From assembly GCA_965218795.1 (NCBI GenBank), contig OZ244653.1, positions 2,336,001 through 2,400,000 of the forward strand: 64,000 nucleotides of DNA, given 5' to 3'. Below are positions 31,407 to 41,470 of this stretch, piece after piece. Both the position numbers and the translations under genes were made by a program. The stretch's first letter is position 1; each line of letters opens with the position of its first letter. Below the pieces are notes generated by a model, which saw only the letters and a list, made by a program, of their open reading frames with translations, did not search any database and was not told the origin of the DNA. Source of the DNA: a bacterium (GTDB lineage: Bacteria > UBA8248 > JACPRG01 > G963555815).

Positions 31407-31493
31407 TGGTGCCGGAGGGGGGAGTCGAACCCCCACGGGCGCAAGGCCCGGTGGATTTTGAGTCCACTGCGTCTACCGTTCCGCCACTCCGGC
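31407..31493 (-). tRNA. tRNA-Leu (anticodon CAA)
   Basis: GCCGGAGTGGCGGAACGGTAGACGC-AGTGGA-CT-CAA-AA-TCCAC, long variable arm, GGTTCGACTCC, encoded CCA. Confidence 0.97.
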
Positions 31494-31705
31494 ACCGTCG
31501 AAGCCGGCAACGCGCCGCCGGGCTGGGAGCCCGGCCGACATATCCTCCATCCCGCTATATGCGGCGGGCGTCATTTTCCTTCAAAAAATTCCGCATGACA
31601 ACCGGACTGCTTTGCAGCGCGGGCTTCGTCGGGCGGGCTTCCAGCCCGCCTGTCACCGCCGGGCATGATCGGGGCACTTTCATTCTATTCGGGAGGGGAA
31701 GACGC

Positions 31706-31960
31706 ATGGCGGAGGAACAAGGGAAACCATACGGCCGGCTCATCGCCAAGGCCTGGACCGACGAGGACTTCAAGAACAGGCTCAAGACCGACCCCAAGTC
31801 CGCGATGAATGAGGTGGGCATGGACGCGCCTGAGGGGGAGGAGGCCGAAGTCGTCGAAAGCACGCAGGAGAAGGCCGGCCGGTACCCCCAAAACCCGTCG
31901 GTGAGCTCTCTGACGATTAACTATATCGAACCATTCTCATCAGCTGTGAAACTCTACTAA
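31706..31960 (+). pseudogene. NHLP (nitrile hydratase-like leader peptide) RiPP precursor, frameshifted and truncated
   Basis: LIAKAWTDEDFKNRLKTDPK..EVG...PEG...EVVEST; shifted frame gives VPPKPVGELSDD-stop; GGAGGG RBS. Confidence 0.78.
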
Positions 31961-32159
31961 CATATTGATATTATTGTATAATACACATTATTCTCGATCT
32001 TGCCATGAACTCGATTTGCGTGGTCCGTAATCAAAATGAAAGCGGATTCGTTAAAACGTCCGCGCATCCAGTCGAGTCCCTGGCAATGAGTTGATCATTA
32101 CCAAGTTGTTGCGTCGACCCCTTGAGACCGCCGGGTCAACTCCAAAACTCTCGAGCGAC

Positions 32160-33091
32160 GGCGTCGAGCTCGTGAGGGTGAACCAGGCTTGTCACCGGGT
32201 GGCCACGATGTGCCGTTGGCTGGGCGTCTCCCCCAGCGGGTACTACGCGTGGCGAAGCCGTGGGCGTTCTCGTCGTGCCCGGCGCGACGAGGCGTTGCGG
32301 GGCACGATCCGGGCCATCCACGAGGAATCTCGTGGCACCTATGGGGTCCCTCGGTCCATGCCGAGTTGGGGGCCAACGGATGCCGGGTGAGTCGCAAACG
32401 GGTGGCTCGGCTGATGCGCGAGACGGGCTTGGCCGGGGTGAGCCGGCGGCGGGGCACGCGCACCACGCGTCTGGAGCCGGGCCATCGTGCTCGATGTGTT
32501 CAGCCGCCGGGTGGTGGGAGGGTCCATGGCCCATCATCTTCGCACCGAGCGGGTGCTCGGGGCGCTGAACATGGCGTTGGGACAGCGCCGGCCTGAAGGG
32601 GTCGTGCATCATTCCGTCCAGGGTTCGCAGTACACCTCGCTCGCCTTTGGCCAACGGTGCCGGGAGATGGGGGTGCTGCCCTCGACCGGATCGGCCGGCG
32701 ACTGCTACGACAACGCCATGGCTGAGAGCTTCTTCGCAACGCTGGAGTGCGAACTCATCGACCGGCGCTCATTCCAGACCCAGGCCGAAGCGCGCATGCG
32801 ATCTTCGAATTCCTGGAAGGCTGGTATAACGCACGCCGCCCTGGGTTACCTCAGCCCCAACGACTTCGAGCGTGCCGCGGCGGCGGCGACGCATCCCGTG
32901 GGCAACGGTGATCAGCACGACCGAACCGACCTCGAGGCTTTCCAGATCGGCGAGCCGGAGGGAAAGAAATACCCTCCGGGGGTACCCTATCGTCCGGGCC
33001 TGGAGAAGACTTTACTTCCACCGGCTAGCGCCCACCTCAGGGCTGGTGGCCACCAGCCCTCAACCGTCCACTGAAACGGGGTAAAAGTCCA
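32160..33091 (+). mobile_element. IS3-family transposase OrfB pseudogene with right end (..GTCCACTGAAACGGGGTAAAAGTCCA)
   Basis: MCRWLGVSPSGYYAW, ESRGTYG, RKRVARLMR, LDVFSRRVVG, HHSVQGSQY, DNAMAESFFATLE; multiple frameshifts. Confidence 0.88.
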
Positions 33092-33190
33092 CAGGCCAGC
33101 GACGACATCGTCGCGGATGTCGAAACGTTTGTTGCGGGGCTTGGCGGCGTGGATGCGCCTAGCGAAGGTGGACTTGGGGTGATTGGCCAT
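33092..33190 (-). pseudogene. N-terminal arm-binding fragment of a tyrosine integrase, cut off at the IS3 end
   Basis: RRIHAAKPRNKRFDIRDDVVAGL resembles integrase N-termini and stops at the IS end. Confidence 0.5.
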
Positions 33191-33382
33191 GGTGCAACTC
33201 CCTGTCCTGGTCCGCGACCGGGGTGTTGTATAGGAAGCGGTCGCGGCGGTGATTGCACGGGGAAGCCGTGCGATGGTTCGGGACGCGGTGAGCCGTAAGG
33301 CTCTGTATCTACAGGCGTTTTCGCCTCCTCATGCGATGGCGGACACTGGCGGGAAGGGCATCCTCGATGCGTCAGGTGAGTC

Positions 33383-33416
33383 AGAGGCCGCCGGTCATCG
33401 TAGACCGGCGGCCTCT
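33383..33416 (-). terminator. Perfect 14-bp stem hairpin after the binding-protein gene
   Basis: AGAGGCCGCCGGTC-ATCGTA-GACCGGCGGCCTCT. Confidence 0.55.
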
Positions 33417-33445
33417 CTCATCTTGGAGACGCTCTTCTCAGGGCT

Positions 33446-34468
33446 TCAAGGAGCCTTCGGGAAGAGCTTGGGCAGGAACTCGTTCGTGTAGAGATCGGCC
33501 GCCTTGACGTTGATCGTCTCCTCGGACGTCTGCTTGACGACCGCCAGGGTCCGCTCCCACTTCTCAAGGGTCATGTGGCCGATGCCGAGCGTTTTCGACT
33601 CCGGCGTCAACAGGTGCTCCACGGTGAGCCGCCAGATGGCCTCGGCGACTTTCCTGTTCGTCGTCGGCGCGCTTTTCAGGAAGATGTCGATGGCCCCCTT
33701 CGGGTTCTCGACCGACCAAGCCAGCCCCTTCATCGAGGCTTTCATGAAGCGGTCCACCAGTCTCCGCCTCTCGCGGATCGTCTTCTCCCGGGCCACGATC
33801 CCGATGGGATAAACGTCCACGCCGAAATCGGCGTACGGAATGACGACGGGTTCCTTTCCGTGCTTTCCGACGGCCCCCTCCACGATGGGGTAGGACACGG
33901 TGAAGAGCGTGATGGCGTCCACCTTCCCGGTGGCGAGGCTGGACACCATCGCCTGAGGCGACATCGGAATGTGCTTGATCTTGGCGATGTCCACGTTGTT
34001 GGCGGACGCCAGGGCAGGCAGGTTGACGAAGACGGTCTCCCCGACCGGCGCGCCCAATCTCCGCCCTTCCAGGTCTTTGGGCTTCGTGATCCCGTTCCCC
34101 TTCAGGGAGTAGATGGCGTAGACGTTTTTGGCGTGAATCACACCCAGGCCCTTGAGGTCGCCCCCCTGGTTTCGGATCTTGATGACCGAGCGCGGATCGG
34201 CGTGACCCAGCTCAATCGTCCCGGCGGCCACGTCTTTCGCCACCGCCGAGCCTCCGAAGCCCCGGACGAGCTTGATGTCGAGACCCGCGGCCTTGTACCA
34301 GCCCAAGTCCCTTGCGACGAAGAAGCCCGCGTCCCGGGGCAGGGGAATCCATCCGGTCGAGTAGGTCGCGGCGTCAAGGGCGACGGCCTTGCCCGGCGCC
34401 GCGGGGAGGTAGCTGAGGATTGCCAGTGCGGCCAGAACCATCCGGAAGACCAGCTTTGCGGACATCAT
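33446..34468 (-). CDS. ABC transporter substrate-binding protein, NMT1/THI5 family
   Basis: Signal peptide, GWYKAAGLDIKLVRGFG, PKDLEG, LYTNEFL. Confidence 0.87.
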   Translation of the reverse strand: MMSAKLVFRMVLAALAILSYLPAAPGKAVALDAATYSTGWIPLPRDAGFFVARDLGWYKAAGLDIKLVRGFGGSAVAKDVAAGTIELGHADPRSVIKIRNQGGDLKGLGVIHAKNVYAIYSLKGNGITKPKDLEGRRLGAPVGETVFVNLPALASANNVDIAKIKHIPMSPQAMVSSLATGKVDAITLFTVSYPIVEGAVGKHGKEPVVIPYADFGVDVYPIGIVAREKTIRERRRLVDRFMKASMKGLAWSVENPKGAIDIFLKSAPTTNRKVAEAIWRLTVEHLLTPESKTLGIGHMTLEKWERTLAVVKQTSEETINVKAADLYTNEFLPKLFPKAP

Positions 34469-34573
34469 GGTTTCCTCCTTGTTCCGTGACGGCATCGACG
34501 CTTCATCCGGAAGCGGCGACGACCTCTTTTGCGGCGGGATTCCTTCTTCCTCCGGCGACCTTGTCTGAAGGCG

Positions 34574-35125
34574 TCACTTGGGCCGGATCATCTCGAAGAT
34601 GTCTCCACACCAGGTGTAGTTGTTCTTCGAGAGGCGGGCGATGGGACGGAGCCGTTCGACATCGACCGGCCCGTCCACGTAGAGGGCATCCCGGAGATGA
34701 AACATGACCACTTCTCCGATGACCAGCCGATGGCTGCCCAGCTCGATGAACCGTTCGAGTCGGCACTCCAAAGCATCCGGGCTTTCGGCGACGCGGGGGC
34801 TTCACCACGCGGCTGGGAAGGGTTGCCAACCCGACCTCTTCCAGCTCGTTGATTTCTGCCCCATACGAACCGGCGCAGATGTTGATCGCCTCGGCGATAT
34901 CCTTGGTGGCGATGTTGACCACGAACTCGCCCGTGTCCTCAATGTTGCGCACTGTGTCCTTCTTCACCTTCTCTCCGGAGTAGCCCGGCCTCTCCGCACC
35001 CTGCATAGGTGGGAAAGAATATCACCAGCGGCGGTTTGTTGGCAATGGCGTTGAAATAGGCGAAGGGGGCCGCGTTCAGCAGGCCGTCCGCGCTGAGGGA
35101 GGTCACAAAGGCGATGGGCCGGGGG
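34574..35125 (-). pseudogene. Flavin reductase-like FMN-binding protein, 5'-truncated and frameshifted
   Basis: PRPIAFVTS..NAAPFAYFN, KDTVRNIEDTGEFVVN, ECRL..LVIGEVV, PIARL spread over three frames. Confidence 0.75.
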
Positions 35126-35289
35126 CTGGCCCCTACGACATAAAACGTGGTGTGCCGCGTAGGGGCGGGTCTCCGTACCCGCCCGCAAAGACGGTCGTTG
35201 CGAGTATCCACTACACTCCGCCGAACAACGCGGCCGGTGCGATCCCTGCGGCAAACAGAGCACGAGACCATCGGTTGGTGAGAAATCAT

Positions 35290-36244
35290 TGATGCGCGTC
35301 ACTTCGGAGAGATGAGGCTCTCCACGCACATTATCGTACTGATAGATCGACCGCTTTCCGTCCTTCGCGAACGTCAAGCCGATGATCACACAATGAACCG
35401 CCGCCGAGCCCCGCGCCTCACTGTTCCACTGGAAAGTGCTGTGCGCAAAGCGGATCGATAATTCTCGGGCAAACACGACCGGCCAAAGAACGCCGCATTG
35501 CTCTCCTTGCGTAATCGAATTCGTGGACACGAAAGCGATCTCGATTGAACGGTTCCCGGCTGTGTAGCGCACGCCTTTGTTGAACCAACATGTCACATAG
35601 TCCAGCCGGTTCACCTGCCCCCTCTTTCCCCAGACGCGCGCCATGTCGTTCTGCTGTTCCTTCGTGCGCCACTGGTGGCCGATGAACGGCGGGTTGCCGA
35701 AGAGGTACGTGCACTTCTCGGCAGGCAAGAATGCTTGCCAGTCCATCTCAACAGCGTTGCCGACTGCGATGCGCGGCGAAGTCCGCAACGGAATCCGCGC
35801 ATTAGGTCTGGCCGAACTCCAGGCTGAGCCGGTTGTTCATGATGTGGTCCATCATCCACAGGGCGGTCTCGGCGATACGGGCCGGGAACTCGCCAAGCTC
35901 GATGCCGTAGAACTGATCCACGTCGATCACGGACAGGGTTTCCGCCAGGGCGTCCAACTGAGCGTGGGGATGGATTTCCTTCAGCACCGCGATTTCCAGC
36001 TCGCGCAGCTCCCGGTAGGCGATGACCAGGAAGTTGCCGCACCCGCAGGCCGGATCGAAGAATTTCATATTGCCCAGCTTCTCCTGAAAGTGCCTGAGTT
36101 CAGAGAGGCGGCGGCTGTCCTTGCGGGCCTTGAGCCGCTCGAACTCGGCGCGCAAGTCGTCGAGGAACAGCGGCTCAATGACCTTGAGGATGTTCTTCTC
36201 GGTCGTGTAGTGGGCCCCCTAGGCCCGGCGCTCCGCAGGCTCCA
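35290..36244 (-). pseudogene. MmeI-like Type IIL/IIG restriction-modification methyltransferase fragment
   Basis: ERRA*GAHYTTEKNILKVI, FFDPACGCGNFL (motif I), GNPPFIG (motif IV), AFVSTNSITQGEQ, AAVHCVIIG; stop codon, frameshift, both ends missing. Confidence 0.85.
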
Positions 36245-36315
36245 TGGAGTTGACCCTTCGGTGGACACCTTCAGACTGTAGGCACCGGCGTATTCACCAA
36301 AACGGGTCAACTCCG
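36245..36315. mobile_element. 71-bp MITE-like element with IS3-type inverted ends
   Basis: TGGAGTTGACCC-TTCGGTGGACA ... TATTCACCAAAACGGGTCAACTCCG; the same end sequence GGGTCAACTCCA occurs at 32133-32144. Confidence 0.6.
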
Positions 36316-36552
36316 GGAGGGACTCAATCATTTCTCCGCGCGGATCTCGGCAGCGGCGAGCAGGAAGTTCTGGGTCCACGGCCTGCGCAAAGAATCGCCG
36401 ACCGGATCGGCTCTCTGATGCACGCTGACTCCCACGGCGGGACCGGCACGGAAACGCCGGGGAGAGTTCACCGCATTCAACTCGCTCGTAAGGACTGTCT
36501 TGCTCAAATGGGGTAGACCAAACGCCCCGAAGGTTGAAAGACAACAGCCCAT

Positions 36553-37367
36553 GTGGATCGCCATCCAGGCATACGGAAAAATGTCCGGCAGCGTGCGCTG
36601 CTGGCACTACGAAAGGCGTTGAAGATCGCCAGCCCCGGAACCGACCTCGACGCCCAGGGCTACACCACCTCCTTTCCCGACAATCTGGTCTCATCCGTCG
36701 AGACCGTCGATTTCGAGGCGGATCTCGGGCAGGGCAGCGGCAATGAACTCGTTGGGAAATTCCGCGCTGGCCGTGAACTGCTTCGGGCCGTTCAAGTGCC
36801 GGCTTTCGGAATTGCGGGTATGCGGCTCCGACGGCTTCACTTCACTTCGAGAAAAAGTGCCCGACCGGGCTCCGAGGAACACCGCCCAACCTCGACGTGG
36901 TGATCGAACGTCCTGATCACGTTGTCGCAATCGAGTCGAAATGTACGGAGTATCTCTCGACGCACATCGTGCGGTTCTCGGCGGCCTACGAGACCAGGAT
37001 CCTCGATGCGCGTCGTGAGAGCGTCTGGTTCCGCGAGATGCTTCGCCTGATCAAAGCGCCTCGAACCTACAGGTGGCTGGACGCAGCGCAGCTCATCAAG
37101 CACACGTTCGGCCTGATGTATTGCTACCATGACCGCCGGGTGACGCTGCTCTATCTCTACTGGGAACCTCTGAACGCTGGCGATTACCCGGTCTTCGAAG
37201 AACACCGCCGCGAGACTGCCGCGTTCGCCGAGCGGGTCACCGGATCTGACCTGGCCTTCGAGGCGATGACCTACAACGACCTGTGGTCATCCTGGAACGG
37301 GACCGCACCGCAGTGGCTGGGCACAGATCTCCGAGACCTCCGCGCCCGATACGCCGTCACGATTTGA
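36553..37367 (+). pseudogene. Putative PD-(D/E)XK restriction endonuclease-like protein (PGN_0703-like), broken by deletion/frameshift
   Basis: DLGQGSGNEL..KFRA / LAVNCFGPF / FE.KCPTGLRGTPPNLDVV..VAIESKCTE / LDAAQLIKH..LLYLYWEP. Confidence 0.62.
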
Positions 37368-37790
37368 AGCGATACTCCGCACCGCCGCCGCACACACATC
37401 ACCGACATGCCGCAATCCCCGACGCCGCTCCCGCGCCCGTCGCGGACACGGGCGACCGCTATAAACTGTCCACCAAAACGAGATAACTGTACCTAGACTA
37501 GGTCAAACTAGACCACTACCAAAATAGTTGACAAGTACGGAGGGGATGGTTTCAGATGCAATCAATCGACAAAAAGGACCGGAAGGCGAATCTTTGAGGG
37601 TGGCATGGGGACTTCCGGTGAACAGGGAGTTGTCGAACCTTTCTTTGTTTCCGGCACCCAGGGCCGAATGATAGTGAAAAGCCTGATTTTCCCTCGCCCC
37701 CTCTTCGGCGATCTTGAGGGCGGCGTCAAGCCCTGACCGGCTTTTCTTTCAGCAAGAGGGGAAACATACCGGACATCAGGAACCTCACCC

Positions 37791-38738
37791 GTGTCCCTCT
37801 CACTGTTTTTCGACATCTCGCTGCTCCAGCTGATGATGGTCATGATGGCCCCCCTGATCCTGGCGTGTCTCGGCGAGACCCTGATCGAGCATTCGGGAAT
37901 CCTGAACCTCGGCATTGAGGGCATCGTCACCGTGGGCGCGGTCACTGGATTTCTGGGGACATACTGGACGGGAAGCGCCGTCCTGGGTTGTCTCCTCGCC
38001 ATGGTGACCGGGTCAATCCTCGCTTCCTTCGTGGCTTACTTCGCCATCACGCTACGGACAAACCAGATCATTCTGGGCTTGAGCATATTTGTTTTCGGTT
38101 TGGGGCTCTCGCCCTTTTTCTATCGGTTGGCCATCGGCGTGGTATCATCTCCACCGCAGGTCCCCACACTGCCGATCATCAAGGCGCCGCTCTTGGGCGA
38201 CATTCCCTTTCTGGGTGAGGCCTTCTTCCAGCAGAACCCCCTTGTGTACACCTCCTATGTCCTGGTCGCGGCCATGAGCGTCTTCCTCTTCAAAACACCC
38301 CTGGGCCTCCGCATCCGATCGTGCGGGGAAAACCCGCGGGCGGCGGATACCCTGGGGATCAATGTCGTGTCCTTGCGCTACGGCGCCTGTGCCGTCGGGG
38401 GCATGTTGCTGGGCCTCGGGGGGGCCTACCTCCCTCTCGTGATCACTGGGGCCTTTACGGACAATATCGTCAACGGACGCGGTTGGCTCGCGTTCATGCT
38501 GGTCATCTTCGGCCGGTGGGTCCCTCTGTGGTCGTTTCTGGGCGCGGTCCTGTTCGCCTACGTGGACGCCTTTCAGTTCAAGGTCAGCTCGCTTCCGGAT
38601 GTCGCCCGGCTCATCCCCCCCCAATTTCTTTTGATGCTCCCCTATCTGTTTGCTCTCTTGTTATTGGTCCGAGTCGCCCGGGGCGCGGAGGCCCCACGGG
38701 CCCTGGCACGCCCGTACGACCGGGAGGCCAGGGAATAA
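37791..38738 (+). CDS. ABC transporter permease (nucleoside/simple-sugar, BPD_transp_2)
   Basis: SGILNLGIEG, RSCGENPRAADTLGI, GRGW..VIFGRW, LPY. Confidence 0.9.
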   Translation: MSLSLFFDISLLQLMMVMMAPLILACLGETLIEHSGILNLGIEGIVTVGAVTGFLGTYWTGSAVLGCLLAMVTGSILASFVAYFAITLRTNQIILGLSIFVFGLGLSPFFYRLAIGVVSSPPQVPTLPIIKAPLLGDIPFLGEAFFQQNPLVYTSYVLVAAMSVFLFKTPLGLRIRSCGENPRAADTLGINVVSLRYGACAVGGMLLGLGGAYLPLVITGAFTDNIVNGRGWLAFMLVIFGRWVPLWSFLGAVLFAYVDAFQFKVSSLPDVARLIPPQFLLMLPYLFALLLLVRVARGAEAPRALARPYDREARE

Positions 38739-38791
38739 CGGAGATCGCGTGGTGGTCCTTGATGGGTGGTTTTTCTGAAAGGAGAGGAACG

Positions 38792-39793
38792 ATGAATCAG
38801 TTACGCAGAAGTTCGCTATTCGTGTTCGTCATTCTGCTCGGCTGGGTTCTCGGTTCAGTGGGGAGCCCTGCGCCGGCACAGGCGCAAAAGCACAGGTTTG
38901 CGATGATCCTGCCAGGACCCATCGAGGATTCAGACTACAACTTCAAAGGTTACGAAGTCGTCCTGGACGTCAAGCAGCGTTTCAATATCCCGGCCTCGTT
39001 CTCCGAGCGAATTTCTCCGCCGGACGCAGAACGCGTCGCGCGCGAGTACATCGCCTCCGGCCACAACATTGTCGCTTTCCACGGCGGGCAATACATTCGG
39101 GTGATCAAGAAGATTGCACCCAAATTCCCGAATGTAAACTTCATCATGGAAAGCTCGGGGAAATTCCCCGTTCCCGGGAACGTCTGGAATATCGGTCGTC
39201 GGTACCCCGAAGCCTTGCACGCTTTCGGAATCCTCGCCGGCATGACAACGAAGAGCAACAAGGTGAGCGTGATTGCAGGGATTCCCCTTCCGGACTTCAA
39301 AGGGTCCATCAATTCCATCTGGGACGCCATGAAGGAAGTCAACCCCAAGGCTGAACTCGTTTACGCCTTCACCGGAAACCAGAACGACCCGGTCAAGGCC
39401 CGCCAGACGGCTGAGGCCCAGATCGCATCGGGCGTCGACTTCATCATCAACCTGGTGAATCTCGGCGTGTACGGCGTCATCGAGGCGGCGAAGAAATCCA
39501 AGAAGCAGGTTCTCATCACCACCTATTACACGGATAAGTCAGACAAGGCTCCCAACCATTTCGCCGGCACGCTGCTCATCGATTTTCGCCTACCCTACCG
39601 GGTAGCGATCGAGGGCATCCTCAAGGGCCAAAAAGGCGGATACGTATCGATGCGCCCGGGGAACGGCTTCGAGCTGGCCTCCCTGAACAACGTGTCCATC
39701 GAGGCGGCAAAAGCCACTGAGAAACGGTTTGGCCAAGTGGTCCGGAACGAGGTCAAGCCGCGTTATGAAGTCAAGGCCGTCAACCTGAGGTAG
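38792..39793 (+). CDS. BMP-family ABC substrate-binding protein
   Basis: Signal peptide, PGPIED.DYN, AGMTTKSNKV, DPVKARQ. Confidence 0.88.
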   Translation: MNQLRRSSLFVFVILLGWVLGSVGSPAPAQAQKHRFAMILPGPIEDSDYNFKGYEVVLDVKQRFNIPASFSERISPPDAERVAREYIASGHNIVAFHGGQYIRVIKKIAPKFPNVNFIMESSGKFPVPGNVWNIGRRYPEALHAFGILAGMTTKSNKVSVIAGIPLPDFKGSINSIWDAMKEVNPKAELVYAFTGNQNDPVKARQTAEAQIASGVDFIINLVNLGVYGVIEAAKKSKKQVLITTYYTDKSDKAPNHFAGTLLIDFRLPYRVAIEGILKGQKGGYVSMRPGNGFELASLNNVSIEAAKATEKRFGQVVRNEVKPRYEVKAVNLR

Positions 39794-39919
39794 CCTTTTC
39801 GGGCTCGACGCGGCAGTGGGGCCGGGGTCTGTGGACCTTACGGGGCTGCTCCTCCGTCCCGGGTTCCGGGGAATGGATAGTGGCCCCGGAAGACCCGGGA
39901 CCGATTCATAAGGGGATTC

Positions 39920-41470
39920 ATGAACGAGGTTAGTCCGCCCAGGGTACAGATGAAAGGAATTCACAAGCGATTCGGCGAGGTCGTCGCCCTGGACAACGTC
40001 AACTTCGAAGCCGAAAAGGGGGAGATTCACGCCCTGTTAGGGGAGAACGGCGCAGGTAAAACGACCCAGATGAACATCTTGAGCGGTCTCTATCGGGCTG
40101 ACACCGGCGAAATCCGGATCGACGGCCGGGAGGCTCCCATCCAGGCTCCCAGAGACGCCATCGACTTTCACATCGGCATGGTGCATCAGCACGTCGAGTT
40201 GATCGGAAACTTCTCCGCGCTGGAGAATATCCTCTTGGGCCGCGAGGGTTCGCGCTGGGTTCTGGATCTGGAGTCACAACGACACAAGGTGGAGGAAATC
40301 GCCTCCCGGTACGGGCTTTCGATTCCATTGGATGAGAAGGTCAAGTCCCTGCCCGTCGGCATCCAGCAAAAAATCGAGATTCTCAAGGCCCTCTACCGAG
40401 GGGCGGACACCCTGATTCTGGACGAGCCGACCACCATGCTGACGCCCCAGGAAGTGGACGCCCTCTTCGAGACCATTCGAGGGCTGGCCGATGGGGGTCT
40501 CACCGTTATCTTCATCACCCACAAGATCCGGGAGGTTCTGGCCACCTGCGATCGGATCAGCGTCTTCCGAGGCGGCAGGCGGGTCGGAACCATCACCCGG
40601 GCTGAGGCCGACTACGAGACACTGGTTCGGATGATGGTCGGGGAGCGGGGTTTGCCGTCGGACGCCGAGCGCCCCCAGGCCGGGTCGGCTCTTCAGAATC
40701 CTCCCTGCTTCACCGTCCGGGGGATGAACGTGCGGTCCCACGACGGGATCCCGCTGCTCGAGGATATCTCCTTCGAAATCCCGCGCGGGACAATCGTGGG
40801 GCTGGCCGGCGTTTCCGGTAACGGCCAGCGGGAGCTGGCCGAGGCCCTGGCCGGGCTGCTTCCCATTGAATCGGGGGAGATTATGCTCGACGGTCACGAG
40901 GTGAGCCGCCTGAGCGTGGCTGCCCGGATAGGCCTCGGGCTCACCCTGATCCCGCAGGACCGCATCGGCGAGGGGATTCTTCCCGCGCTCTCCCTGGCCG
41001 AGAACCTCGTCCTCGGCCTCCACCCATTCGTCTTCAAACGGGCGGGCATTTTCGAGCGGGCGACTGCCCGAGAGATGGCCCGAGAGACTATCCGGGAATA
41101 CAACATTCTGGCCCGGGACGAGGAGGTTCCCTCGGCTCATCTCTCGGGGGGGAATATTCAGAAGGTCATCGTAGCCCGCGCCGTCCACCTGGCTCAACGA
41201 ACGGGCTCCGTATTCCTGATTGCCAACAATCCGACGCGCGGACTGGACGTTAAAGCGGCGGCCTTCGTTCACGAACGTCTCCGGGAGCACCAGGCCAGAG
41301 AGGGCGGCGTTTTGCTTATCTCGGAGGACCTGGACGAATTGTGCGCCATGTGTCATCGGATCCTCGTGATTTTCTCCGGCGAGATTCTCGGAAGCTTTGA
41401 CGGGCCGGAGTACGACGTCTATCAGGTAGGCGCCCTCATGGCCGGCGAGCGGGAAGATGCGAATCCATGA
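39920..41470 (+). CDS. ABC transporter ATP-binding protein (two ABC domains)
   Basis: GENGAGKTT, LILDEPT, LSGGNIQK, NPTRGLD. Confidence 0.93.
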   Translation: MNEVSPPRVQMKGIHKRFGEVVALDNVNFEAEKGEIHALLGENGAGKTTQMNILSGLYRADTGEIRIDGREAPIQAPRDAIDFHIGMVHQHVELIGNFSALENILLGREGSRWVLDLESQRHKVEEIASRYGLSIPLDEKVKSLPVGIQQKIEILKALYRGADTLILDEPTTMLTPQEVDALFETIRGLADGGLTVIFITHKIREVLATCDRISVFRGGRRVGTITRAEADYETLVRMMVGERGLPSDAERPQAGSALQNPPCFTVRGMNVRSHDGIPLLEDISFEIPRGTIVGLAGVSGNGQRELAEALAGLLPIESGEIMLDGHEVSRLSVAARIGLGLTLIPQDRIGEGILPALSLAENLVLGLHPFVFKRAGIFERATAREMARETIREYNILARDEEVPSAHLSGGNIQKVIVARAVHLAQRTGSVFLIANNPTRGLDVKAAAFVHERLREHQAREGGVLLISEDLDELCAMCHRILVIFSGEILGSFDGPEYDVYQVGALMAGEREDANP

